A stretch of DNA of 64,000 nucleotides from a virus. Under the pieces are notes generated by a model. It searched no databases and was not told the DNA's origin. It was given only the letters and a program-made list of their open reading frames with translations. Location: the IMG/VR virus record IMGVR_UViG_3300036985_001509, positions 1-64,000 of that record; one strand, given 5' to 3'. The translations under genes and the position numbers were made by a program. How positions within the stretch are numbered: position 1 is the first letter of the stretch; every line of letters starts with the position of its first letter. Below, piece by piece: positions 57,087-64,000 of this stretch.

Positions 57087-57102
57087 TGTTCCACGTGAAA
57101 AA
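57087..57102. promoter_or_regulatory. parS-like site
   Basis: TGTTCCACGTGAAAAA matches the chromosomal parS consensus TGTTNCACGTGAAACA at 15 of 16 positions; intergenic. Confidence 0.55.
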
Positions 57103-57226
57103 ACCCCCCTATCCGTGAGGGGACGGGTTACTCCACACCAAGGACCCAGGGGCAGGATGCGCGGTGGGAGCCACCCCCCGTGCTTCGTTAACAAGGAGTC
57201 ACCTTGTAAAAAACTGTCGAAAAATC

Positions 57227-57646
57227 ATGGCACAAGAACTGCGTATCAAATCAGGCGTATGGTCAGCGAAAGGCAACTTCACAGCCAAAACTGCGTACGG
57301 CAAAACTTTCTTCATCCACAAGAACACCATGGCAGAGTTGGGCTACGAGCCTAATGCTGAGGTTAAGTACCCATTTTATGCAGTGGTAGACACCACCATG
57401 ATCGGTCAGCTTGACCAGAATGGCGATCCTCTAATGGGAGAAGATGGCAAGCCCGTACAGGTTGCTCGTGAGAGCGCATTGAGCGTGTTCGCCACACTGG
57501 AAGAGTTGCAGGCTTGCGCAATCGAAGAGCGTACCATCGGTGCGGACATCGAGATTGCTGTTCAGCAGCACGTTCGCAGCAAGGTTAGCACCAGCGGTCT
57601 GAGCGAGTCTGCTGTCAACAGCATTCTTGCAAGCTCACTCGTGTAA
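57227..57646 (+). CDS. First early-region protein, hypothetical
   Basis: MAQELRIKSG..., 139 aa, with AAAAATC-ATG leader; visibly more GC-rich than its neighbours; followed by a terminator. Confidence 0.8.
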   Translation: MAQELRIKSGVWSAKGNFTAKTAYGKTFFIHKNTMAELGYEPNAEVKYPFYAVVDTTMIGQLDQNGDPLMGEDGKPVQVARESALSVFATLEELQACAIEERTIGADIEIAVQQHVRSKVSTSGLSESAVNSILASSLV

Positions 57647-57654
57647 GATTATTC

Positions 57655-57687
57655 GGAAGTGTTCTCAATCAGGGAACACTTCCTTTT
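57655..57687 (+). terminator. Intrinsic terminator
   Basis: GGAAGTGTTC...GAACACTTCC followed by TTTT. Confidence 0.85.
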
Positions 57688-57902
57688 ATACCTTATATAT
57701 ATGGGTGGGTAAACATGAAATGTTACGTTGGGTGGGACATATTATGATGCATAACGCATTGATTCTCTGTGAGTTAGAGAGTGGTAGTGTCACCCATATA
57801 CACTTTTAGGGGGTAAAATCACAATTGCTCATATTGAGCGCTTATAGCTATAAATATAGCATTAACTAACCAAAAAGCCTGTATACAGGCAAAACGATAG
57901 TT

Positions 57903-58232
57903 ATGTACAAAGATATTTCTACGGAAGGTCTTTCCTTCCCTAAGACATTGGTTATTCGTAATAGTGTAGATGGTTGGATATGGCAGATATATCATGTTGA
58001 TAGTCACCAGCAAGCTTATTATATAGCTGAGAATGCTAAGAACAGTGGATATGAAGGAAGGACATTAGAGGACTATAATGGTGGTAAAGAGACATTTCCA
58101 AATTGGAGAATGGAAATGGCTAGAGAGCTTGTCAAATTACTGCCTAATCACCTTGTTCTTAAAGAGGATGCAGTGGATGTGCTTATAGATGATCCATACG
58201 AGGATGAAAGATGCTATGATGAGAGCCTGTAA
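57903..58232 (+). CDS. Hypothetical early protein
   Basis: 109 aa with acidic C-terminus. Confidence 0.7.
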   Translation: MYKDISTEGLSFPKTLVIRNSVDGWIWQIYHVDSHQQAYYIAENAKNSGYEGRTLEDYNGGKETFPNWRMEMARELVKLLPNHLVLKEDAVDVLIDDPYEDERCYDESL

Positions 58233-58249
58233 CAGGGCTCTTTTGTTTT
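58222..58249 (+). terminator. Intrinsic terminator
   Basis: AGAGCCTGT-AACAGGGCTCT followed by TTTGTTTT, overlapping the stop codon. Confidence 0.6.
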
Positions 58250-58474
58250 AATGCACCATCCTAGCTTCCCAAGGGCTAGCAGAATATGTAATGAGGACTT
58301 ATGTCCTTCGTGATGGTTTATACAGAGCTGAGAATTCTGTTCATTACATATTCTGAGTGCAGAGGGATATGTACAGGTGTTCATCTGTTCTACTTCATAG
58401 AATAGAGGCTTTTTGGTGAGGCAAAACCATATATTTTTCTCTAAATCCTTATTAATCAATTAAATACGATTGCT

Positions 58475-58750
58475 ATGTCAAAATTTACTAGAATTAAGGC
58501 ACCTAAATACAGAATAGGTAGATATGTCCTTAATGAATATGAGCTTAGATGCTTACAAGTTGAAGTGGCTAGAGGTCTTAAACAGCCTGGCATCAAGGTT
58601 AAAGATGATGCTAATCAAATAGCCACCATCCAAGCTAACGGTAGTATGGATATTAATGTTGAAGGTTATGACATAACCTCTAGGTATGCATTAAATCTAA
58701 TTGCTATCAGAAGAGACAGAGAAAGAGCGTTAAAAACAAATCCTTATTAA
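58475..58750 (+). CDS. Hypothetical early protein
   Basis: 91 aa, flanked by a 17-bp direct repeat. Confidence 0.7.
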   Translation: MSKFTRIKAPKYRIGRYVLNEYELRCLQVEVARGLKQPGIKVKDDANQIATIQANGSMDINVEGYDITSRYALNLIAIRRDRERALKTNPY

Positions 58751-58772
58751 TCAACAACTTAAATCAAAAAAG

Positions 58773-59021
58773 ATGAAAAAAGACCTCTTATACCCAATAT
58801 GTTTGGGTGTTACAGCTATGATAACCATATGCTGTTTGTATGTGTGCTGTAAGGCAGTTGATGCTTTGGACAGTATTAATAACAGGATGGACAGGGCTAA
58901 TGTGGAATACCAATTTGTTGTCACAGACAGTACAATTACAGTTTGGGATGATAACAGATGGGTTGGGACAGTGAAGCTAGAAGGTCAGCTAGACAGTTTA
59001 ATTACATTTGATAACCAATAA
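58773..59021 (+). CDS. Small membrane-anchored protein
   Basis: 82 aa; N-terminal hydrophobic, Cys-rich helix. Confidence 0.7.
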   Translation: MKKDLLYPICLGVTAMITICCLYVCCKAVDALDSINNRMDRANVEYQFVVTDSTITVWDDNRWVGTVKLEGQLDSLITFDNQ

Positions 59022-59031
59022 ATTAAGTGTT

Positions 59032-59157
59032 ATGCTCACCCTTTGTATCATGCCTGTGTTTAAAGGCACAAGGAAGGAGACTATTACAGCATGTATTATA
59101 TGTCTCCTTATGGACAGTATTTATATAATTCCAATCATCAACCATTTAAATTCCTGA
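59032..59157 (+). CDS. Possible 41-aa hydrophobic peptide
   Basis: Read by hand: MLTLCIMPVFKGTRKETITACIICLLMDSIYIIPIINHLNS*; fills the gap between two genes. Confidence 0.4.
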   Translation: MLTLCIMPVFKGTRKETITACIICLLMDSIYIIPIINHLNS

Positions 59158-59159
59158 TC

Positions 59160-59363
59160 ATGAAACAGTTATTGATCATGCTGCTGTTGACAGTAGCTTT
59201 TGTTATCATCTGCCCATTTGTGTTCATTTATTGCCTGTGGGATTTCAACTTCTCAACCGTGAGAGGGCTCAGAAGGGACTATTTGGAGACCATGAGCTAT
59301 CCTATTTATCAGTTGTTCCATTACAAGACCAAGCATTATAGAAGAGTGCCTGGTAGATTTTAG
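59160..59363 (+). CDS. Small membrane protein
   Basis: MKQLLIMLLLTVAFVIICPFVFIYCLW...; likely start at 59160. Confidence 0.65.
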   Translation: MKQLLIMLLLTVAFVIICPFVFIYCLWDFNFSTVRGLRRDYLETMSYPIYQLFHYKTKHYRRVPGRF

Positions 59364-59381
59364 TATATTTGCTTATAGGCT

Positions 59382-59455
59382 GATCCTGTAGCTCAGTTGA
59401 ATAGAGCAACAGCCTTCTAAGCTGTGGGCCATTGGTTTGAATCCAATCAGGATCA
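59382..59455 (+). tRNA. tRNA-Arg(TCT)
   Basis: Acceptor GATCCTG/CAGGATC-A, D-arm GCTC-AGTTGAATA-GAGC, anticodon arm ACAGC-CT TCT AA-GCTGT, T-arm ATTGG-TTTGAAT-CCAAT; no encoded CCA. Confidence 0.92.
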
Positions 59456-59483
59456 CGAATTTTCATAAGCCAAGCAATCGTAC

Positions 59484-59517
59484 GGGCCTGTGTTTCCACA
59501 CTGGGCCCTTTTTATTT
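59484..59517 (+). terminator. Intrinsic terminator after tRNA
   Basis: GGGCCTGTGT-TTCC-ACACTGGGCCC followed by TTTTTATTT. Confidence 0.75.
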
Positions 59518-59542
59518 ACATCATCTATTAAATCAAATAAAC

Positions 59543-59689
59543 ATGACACCAGCACCTAAAACAGGCAGATACTTTATAGCTGCCCTCTTTGTAATCATTA
59601 TTATTGTATTGCTCTGTAGTTCTTGTGCTACACAAGGATATGGCTGCAATGGTAAAGGCAAAATCATTACACGTGTTAAACAATTCTAA
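59543..59689 (+). CDS. 48-aa lipoprotein (not in ORF track)
   Basis: MTPAPKTGRYFIAALFVIIIIVLLCSSCATQGYGCNGKGKIITRVKQF*: basic N-terminus, hydrophobic core, lipobox-like LCSS|C. Confidence 0.75.
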   Translation: MTPAPKTGRYFIAALFVIIIIVLLCSSCATQGYGCNGKGKIITRVKQF

Positions 59690-59700
59690 ATCAATTAGTT

Positions 59701-59850
59701 ATGAAAACCATCCTTTTTAACGACCCTCGAGAATTCATTCAGTTCAAAACCTTAGCCAACCGTATTCACCTTATTTTTATGTATAAAGTGCTGCATGGCG
59801 TATTCCATGTAGAGGCTGATGCATTACGTCTTGACGAGTTGGGTTACTAA
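59701..59850 (+). CDS. 49-aa hypothetical protein (not in ORF track)
   Basis: MKTILFNDPREFIQFKTLANRIHLIFMYKVLHGVFHVEADALRLDELGY*, with AT-rich leader and a terminator after it. Confidence 0.7.
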   Translation: MKTILFNDPREFIQFKTLANRIHLIFMYKVLHGVFHVEADALRLDELGY

Positions 59851-59858
59851 GGATGAAA

Positions 59859-59894
59859 GGACAGCTCTGAAACACGGGCTGTTCCTTTTTTTTT
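59859..59894 (+). terminator. Intrinsic terminator
   Basis: GGACAGCTC...GGGCTGTTCC followed by 9 T. Confidence 0.8.
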
Positions 59895-60033
59895 GTGCCA
59901 CATGCGTCACATGCGACATGCGTCATAAAAAGGCCAAAAACACATCAAAATGTGCTTTTTATGACACATTTATATGCAATACCATCCATTTTACTGCAAA
60001 ATCACACTATTATATGCATTTTAATACACTTTT

Positions 60034-60183
60034 ATGAACATTACAGCACTGATCGTTTTCTTCACCATCAGCTTTGTTATAGCTGTGTTGTGGGTGAGAG
60101 GCATAGATAAAATGAAACGGGAACATCCTGACTACAAGGGTGAAGACTTTTTAAATCACGATGATAAAAACACATCCTCATGA
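60034..60183 (+). CDS. 49-aa single-pass membrane protein (not in ORF track)
   Basis: MNITALIVFFTISFVIAVLWVRGIDKMKREHPDYKGEDFLNHDDKNTSS*; ATGA overlap with the next gene. Confidence 0.75.
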   Translation: MNITALIVFFTISFVIAVLWVRGIDKMKREHPDYKGEDFLNHDDKNTSS

Positions 60184-60449
60184 GTAAAGTAATGATAGCA
60201 TTGGGCATTGTGCTCACTATGTCTGTTCTTCTGTACCAAGTGTCAAACAAGGACAGAAAGATTAAGGCTCTAAACCAGCAGATTGTGGAGCTAGAACAAA
60301 AAGCCAAACTTGTAGACTCTCTGGAGGCTGAGTTGTTTCCTTTAGAGACACAGCTTAGCAGATATGAGATGGCTTTTACTATAATGGCAAGACGATATCC
60401 TAAATGTGCTGATATATACAGCATGATAATATCGGAGGAAACAGAATGA
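60180..60449 (+). CDS. Membrane-anchored coiled-coil protein
   Basis: 89 aa; N-terminal TM segment then heptad repeats. Confidence 0.7.
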   Translation: MSKVMIALGIVLTMSVLLYQVSNKDRKIKALNQQIVELEQKAKLVDSLEAELFPLETQLSRYEMAFTIMARRYPKCADIYSMIISEETE

Positions 60450-60655
60450 TAGCTAATCTTAAACGCTACGCTATGCGTAGAATAAATTTAAAACCTATGG
60501 CACAACAAAATGAAAATAACGAGTTATATGACTTAGAGGATCTTCGCTCTGAATATGAATCAACTTATTTAGCATATGCTTTATTTGCAGAAAATGCTGA
60601 TTTTATGAATTTTGAGCAGTGGTTAGAAAAACATAAAGGTTTGAAAATTAAATAA
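60446..60655 (+). CDS. Hypothetical protein
   Basis: 69 aa; alternative start at MAQQNE. Confidence 0.55.
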   Translation: MIANLKRYAMRRINLKPMAQQNENNELYDLEDLRSEYESTYLAYALFAENADFMNFEQWLEKHKGLKIK

Positions 60656-60657
60656 CT

Positions 60658-60861
60658 ATGGCACAACAAACAGCAGTAGACTATCTGATAGAACAATTAC
60701 AAGCACCTTGTAGAGGTATACCTTCCCACATTATAGAACAAGCCAAACAAATGGAGAAGGAGCAGATAATAAAAGCTGCAAAAGTTATTCTATTTGCCTC
60801 AACAGGGCCAGGCGATACAGCTGCAGAACAATACTACAACGAAACTTATAAAACTAAATAA
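60658..60861 (+). CDS. Hypothetical phage protein (QTAV...AKQMEKEQI...EQYYNETY type)
   Basis: 67 aa; a pattern I recognise from small genes of Bacteroidota phages. Confidence 0.7.
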   Translation: MAQQTAVDYLIEQLQAPCRGIPSHIIEQAKQMEKEQIIKAAKVILFASTGPGDTAAEQYYNETYKTK

Positions 60862-60862
60862 C

Positions 60863-61081
60863 ATGGTAGGAACCATCTTTAGAAAACATGTCGAAAGACA
60901 TGAAATGGGCACAGCAGGCAAAACTATGTATCAGAGCTGGAAGGTTGTTAGTGACCTAGGTAATGACATATATGCCTGTGTACGCGTAGATAATACGCAA
61001 GATCCTATGGGTGCTGCTAGTCCGCAGAAGCGCACATTCAGAGGTACAGACATTCAGAAGCACCTAAAAAATAAACAATAA
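60863..61081 (+). CDS. Hypothetical protein
   Basis: MVGTIFRK..., ATG 1 nt after the upstream stop; beta-rich. Confidence 0.65.
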   Translation: MVGTIFRKHVERHEMGTAGKTMYQSWKVVSDLGNDIYACVRVDNTQDPMGAASPQKRTFRGTDIQKHLKNKQ

Positions 61082-61602
61082 TGTTTATCACCGTAGAGCT
61101 CGTATTTAAGAGCCACATGCCCAGAGCATTGGAGCCTGGACTATTGTTCATTACCAAGATCAATCCTGGCACCAGAAAAGAATATTCGGAGATATGGGCG
61201 CTTGATAAACATCCTGCAGAAAGCCTAGAGGAGTTTATTGTCAAACATGGCGCACCTGTTGAGCCCTATTTAATGTACGACGAACAAGCGTTAGCAGAAC
61301 CAGAAGAGATTGGTTGGTGGGACGTGGGTGATACTTCTGATGAGCTCAGAGACATCACACTCAAGGACATCAACTTTCTTCTAGAAAACTACGATGGGTA
61401 TGTTGACGTAGAGATTGATGATGATGCATTTGATAACGAGGATGAAATCAGTCCTGTTTTGTACATGAACAAGGTGCTATTATGTGTCCCTGGGTTGTAT
61501 GATGATGAGGATGAAGAAGAAGAGGATGATGATGATGGGTATGATGAGGGAGAAGACCCGTTCTTTGACCATATGGACGATGATTCCTGGAAAGAAATTT
61601 AA
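61081..61602 (+). CDS. Highly acidic protein
   Basis: 173 aa ending DDEDEEEEDDDDGYDEGEDPFFDHMDDDSW. Confidence 0.75.
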   Translation: MFITVELVFKSHMPRALEPGLLFITKINPGTRKEYSEIWALDKHPAESLEEFIVKHGAPVEPYLMYDEQALAEPEEIGWWDVGDTSDELRDITLKDINFLLENYDGYVDVEIDDDAFDNEDEISPVLYMNKVLLCVPGLYDDEDEEEEDDDDGYDEGEDPFFDHMDDDSWKEI

Positions 61603-61603
61603 A

Positions 61604-61783
61604 ATGAAAAATCTAATGAAACTAGTTAAAGAATTCATCTTTGGCAGGCGTGCAGAGCCTGTCTGCCAAATCAAAACCACATTACGCACTGTCTATCCTA
61701 CTAACCAACCGAGTGAGTGGGAGTGGAAACAGGAGTTTAGAGTGGGTATGATGTGTGGTAAAAAAGCAATCTATTTAAATTAA
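61604..61783 (+). CDS. Hypothetical protein
   Basis: MKNLMKLVKEF..., 59 aa; start at 61604, right after the upstream stop. Confidence 0.6.
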   Translation: MKNLMKLVKEFIFGRRAEPVCQIKTTLRTVYPTNQPSEWEWKQEFRVGMMCGKKAIYLN

Positions 61784-61788
61784 TATCT

Positions 61789-62364
61789 ATGGGAATGGAT
61801 GTTTATGGCAAAGCTCCTCAAACAGTTGGGGAGAGGCCTGAGAGACCAGAAGATTGGGACTCTCTAACAGAATATGAACGTGATATGTATTACAATGAGG
61901 TGAACATCTGGGAAGCTAACAATCCTGGTGTTTATTTCAGGGCTAACAATTGGTCTTGGAGGCCAATACATGCTGTGTGTGACTTTGCTATTAACATTAC
62001 AAAGCTTCCTTTTGATACTACGTATTGGGGCTCAAATGATGGCAAAGGTTTAAAGAACCAAGAAGAATGTGATATGTTAGCTGATGCTATTGAGGTGTAT
62101 CTCACCCTCAACAATGCAAACATGCATGACATGGATGACAGAATGTATCTGTGTCTTGGTTCATGGACCACCTCTAGTGGACATTTTATGCCACAAGAGC
62201 TTGAAGATGAGCTTAATGAAACCTACAAACCAGGTACAATCCTGTACAATGGTGTTGTTACAAAGGATGGTACGCTAGCATTCTCAGCACACAGTTGTCC
62301 TCTCTATCATATTAACAACTTTACAACATTCCTCCGCAAATGTGGAGGATTTGAAATCTGGTAA
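61789..62364 (+). CDS. Conserved phage protein (MGMDVY...YFRANNWSWRP...FLRKCGGFEIW)
   Basis: 191 aa with recognisable terminal motifs of a widespread phage family of unknown function. Confidence 0.75.
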   Translation: MGMDVYGKAPQTVGERPERPEDWDSLTEYERDMYYNEVNIWEANNPGVYFRANNWSWRPIHAVCDFAINITKLPFDTTYWGSNDGKGLKNQEECDMLADAIEVYLTLNNANMHDMDDRMYLCLGSWTTSSGHFMPQELEDELNETYKPGTILYNGVVTKDGTLAFSAHSCPLYHINNFTTFLRKCGGFEIW

Positions 62365-62397
62365 ATCTATCAAATCACAATTTAAAATCCAAAGCAC

Positions 62398-62700
62398 ATG
62401 TCAAGAAAAAGCATCTTCAAAACCGCAGAAATCCTACAGATTAAAAAGCAAATCCGTCAGGGAGGAAAGGTAAAGCAAATGGCAAAACGCCTTGCTCCTC
62501 AGTACAATGTAACAGAGGAACAAATGCTCAACAAGCTGTATTACATATCAGCTCGCACCTACATGATGAGAGGTAGACCTAGCAAGAAGGCTAAAGCTCC
62601 TGCAGCTCCTGTAACAAGAGTAGAAAAGCCTACTGAGAACATATCAGTGGTAGGTAAAAAGGTGGTGGTATACAGCAATCACATACGTATTTATTTCTAA
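62398..62700 (+). CDS. Basic protein with HTH-like N-terminus
   Basis: FKTAEILQIKKQIRQGGKVKQMAKRLAPQYNVTEEQMLNKLYYI. Confidence 0.65.
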   Translation: MSRKSIFKTAEILQIKKQIRQGGKVKQMAKRLAPQYNVTEEQMLNKLYYISARTYMMRGRPSKKAKAPAAPVTRVEKPTENISVVGKKVVVYSNHIRIYF

Positions 62701-62719
62701 CATCTAAATACACATCCTT

Positions 62720-62932
62720 ATGTCAGCAACACTCGTCTATCGCTCCGAATGGAGCAAAATCACACCCCTAGTTTACTCTGATGACTCTAACAATGATGCA
62801 GTTAATCGTTTGATTGACAGCATCTTTAGAGCCAAACGAACCAACAGACTTGTCCTTGATAACAACAAAATGTATTACAAGCCTAGTAACCAGTACAAAA
62901 GATTTGTTGTTCGCATGCGTAAAATTAGGTAG
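62720..62932 (+). CDS. Hypothetical protein
   Basis: 70 aa, basic. Confidence 0.6.
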   Translation: MSATLVYRSEWSKITPLVYSDDSNNDAVNRLIDSIFRAKRTNRLVLDNNKMYYKPSNQYKRFVVRMRKIR

Positions 62933-62937
62933 ATTTG
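62906..62937 (+). promoter_or_regulatory. Possible host-type (middle) promoter for the replication genes
   Basis: gTTG-N20-TAGATTTG; followed directly by the hairpin GTTCCTAC...GTAGGAAC-TTTT at 62945-62977. Confidence 0.5.
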
Positions 62938-62990
62938 GACTACGGTTCCTACTCTCATTTAGAGGGTAGGAACTTTTAAATCCAAACTAT

Positions 62991-63221
62991 ATGGCAAAAG
63001 ACAAATGCGTACTATGTAGCGCAGAAACTCTCTATGATGAGAGTTTGCACATAGATTATAGACATGGATATATTGAAGGAGCTGGACAGCTCTGCAAATC
63101 CTGTTATGATAGGGGAACAAAACGAACGCACATCACTATTCCTGCGGACGTTATTTATAATACCCCGAATGATCAAGAATTAGGACAGAAGGTAAGAACT
63201 ATTTATAATCAAAGCACTTAA
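62991..63221 (+). CDS. Small Zn-finger protein
   Basis: CVLC...YIEGAGQLCKSC. Confidence 0.75.
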   Translation: MAKDKCVLCSAETLYDESLHIDYRHGYIEGAGQLCKSCYDRGTKRTHITIPADVIYNTPNDQELGQKVRTIYNQST

Positions 63222-63222
63222 A

Positions 63223-63480
63223 ATGGCAACTAAAAAACCAGTGGTAAAAGAAACATCACGCATCACTATTATAACTAATAGTGAAGAAGAATGCATAGTA
63301 AAATTGAAAGGTGATTCAATGATAGCAACAGCAGCACTGGCAGCTCTAATGGCTGCAGACCATGAGGATAATCAATTTCGTGAGATGATGGCATTAGCTA
63401 TTCAAGTGGTGCTTCATGAAGATAAACAAAGCAAGAAGAAATCTACAAAAAAGAAAGCAGCTCCTAAAAAGAAGAAATAA
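63223..63480 (+). CDS. Hypothetical protein with Lys-rich tail
   Basis: 85 aa ending KKKSTKKKAAPKKKK; stop overlaps the polymerase ATG. Confidence 0.7.
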   Translation: MATKKPVVKETSRITIITNSEEECIVKLKGDSMIATAALAALMAADHEDNQFREMMALAIQVVLHEDKQSKKKSTKKKAAPKKKK

Positions 63481-64000
63481 TGAATGTTGTTATTTATGAC
63501 ATCGAGACCTTAAAAGAGTATTTCCTGGTGGTAGCGTTGGTTCCTCAAGAGCCATACAGAGTGTTTAAAGTGAATCGTGAAGAGAACAATCTAGGTGCAT
63601 TCATTAAGTTTGCTGAAGAGTACAAAGATTATTATTGGGTTGGCTACAATAATCTTCGTTTTGACTCTCAAGTGGTGGAATGGATAATGCGTAATTATGA
63701 ATACTGGCATGAGCTTTCCAGTTTGGAAATCACTGCTAGAATACACCAGAAGGCTGCAGATGTCATACATGATGCAAATTATGATGTTTTCCCTGAGTAC
63801 AGGGAACATGACCTCAGCCTTAAACAGCTTGATCTCTTCCGAATTCACCACTTTGACAACAAGAATAGACGCGTTAGTCTAAAGAGGTTGGAGTTTGAGA
63901 TGGACCTTGAGAACATTGAGGAGATGCCTATACACCATGACAAGACAGACATGACTAGGGATGATCTCATTCTTACGACAGAATACTGTCTTAATGATGT
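63480..64000 (+). CDS. DNA polymerase (probably family B), N-terminal 3'-5' exonuclease domain, truncated by window edge
   Basis: Read by hand: MNVVIYDIETLKEYF (ExoI), WVGYNNLRFDSQV (ExoII), VSLKRLEFEM, EYCLND (ExoIII); open to the window end. Confidence 0.85.
   Translation, partial: MNVVIYDIETLKEYFLVVALVPQEPYRVFKVNREENNLGAFIKFAEEYKDYYWVGYNNLRFDSQVVEWIMRNYEYWHELSSLEITARIHQKAADVIHDANYDVFPEYREHDLSLKQLDLFRIHHFDNKNRRVSLKRLEFEMDLENIEEMPIHHDKTDMTRDDLILTTEYCLND

Noticed and set aside
63820-63840. QLDLF perfect clamp-binding motif in the DNA polymerase
   Set aside because: Lies inside the folded exonuclease domain between ExoII and ExoIII, so it is more likely a structural segment than an exposed clamp peptide.
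1-64000. Stop-codon reassignment, as in some crAss-like phages
   Set aside because: Long genes are intact in the standard code, TAG and TGA both end genes in packed operons, and the only tRNA is Arg(TCT), not a suppressor.
1-64000. CRISPR array or diversity-generating retroelement
   Set aside because: No regularly spaced repeat-spacer units, no reverse transcriptase ORF and no TR/VR pair noticed; the repeats present are coding low-complexity tracts.

Overview
About 64 kb of a crAss-like (Crassvirales-type) phage genome, most likely infecting Bacteroidota: it carries several TTTG-N19/20-TAnnTTTG host-type promoters and AT-rich leaders without Shine-Dalgarno sites. It uses the standard genetic code. 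The minus strand from about 56.8 kb to the left edge is the late virion block: wHTH and HU-like regulators, terminase large subunit, portal, probable scaffold, major capsid protein, ring/hub proteins, Thr-rich and tail-collar fibre proteins, a metallophosphoesterase, a muzzle/tail-stabilisation gene that appears split in two, modular cargo proteins, a 4346-aa virion RNA polymerase (DFDID), a 1704-aa cargo protein with a PD-(D/E)XK nuclease, and a Gly-Thr-Ser collagen-like fibre running off the edge. A C-tract/hairpin-rich divergence region at 56.85-57.2 kb contains a parS-like site. After it the plus strand carries small early genes, tRNA-Arg(TCT) and the start of a DNA polymerase. Most interesting signals: (1) two cargo proteins punctuated by about 25 short 'xQxG/xxxGG' motifs that bound AT-rich in-frame cassettes, one flanked by a perfect 15-bp direct repeat; (2) the parS-like site; (3) a D-arm-less tRNA-like fold just downstream of the capsid gene; (4) the split muzzle gene with Thr-linked Cys mini-domains. 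Family assignments come from motifs and remembered synteny; no database search was run.
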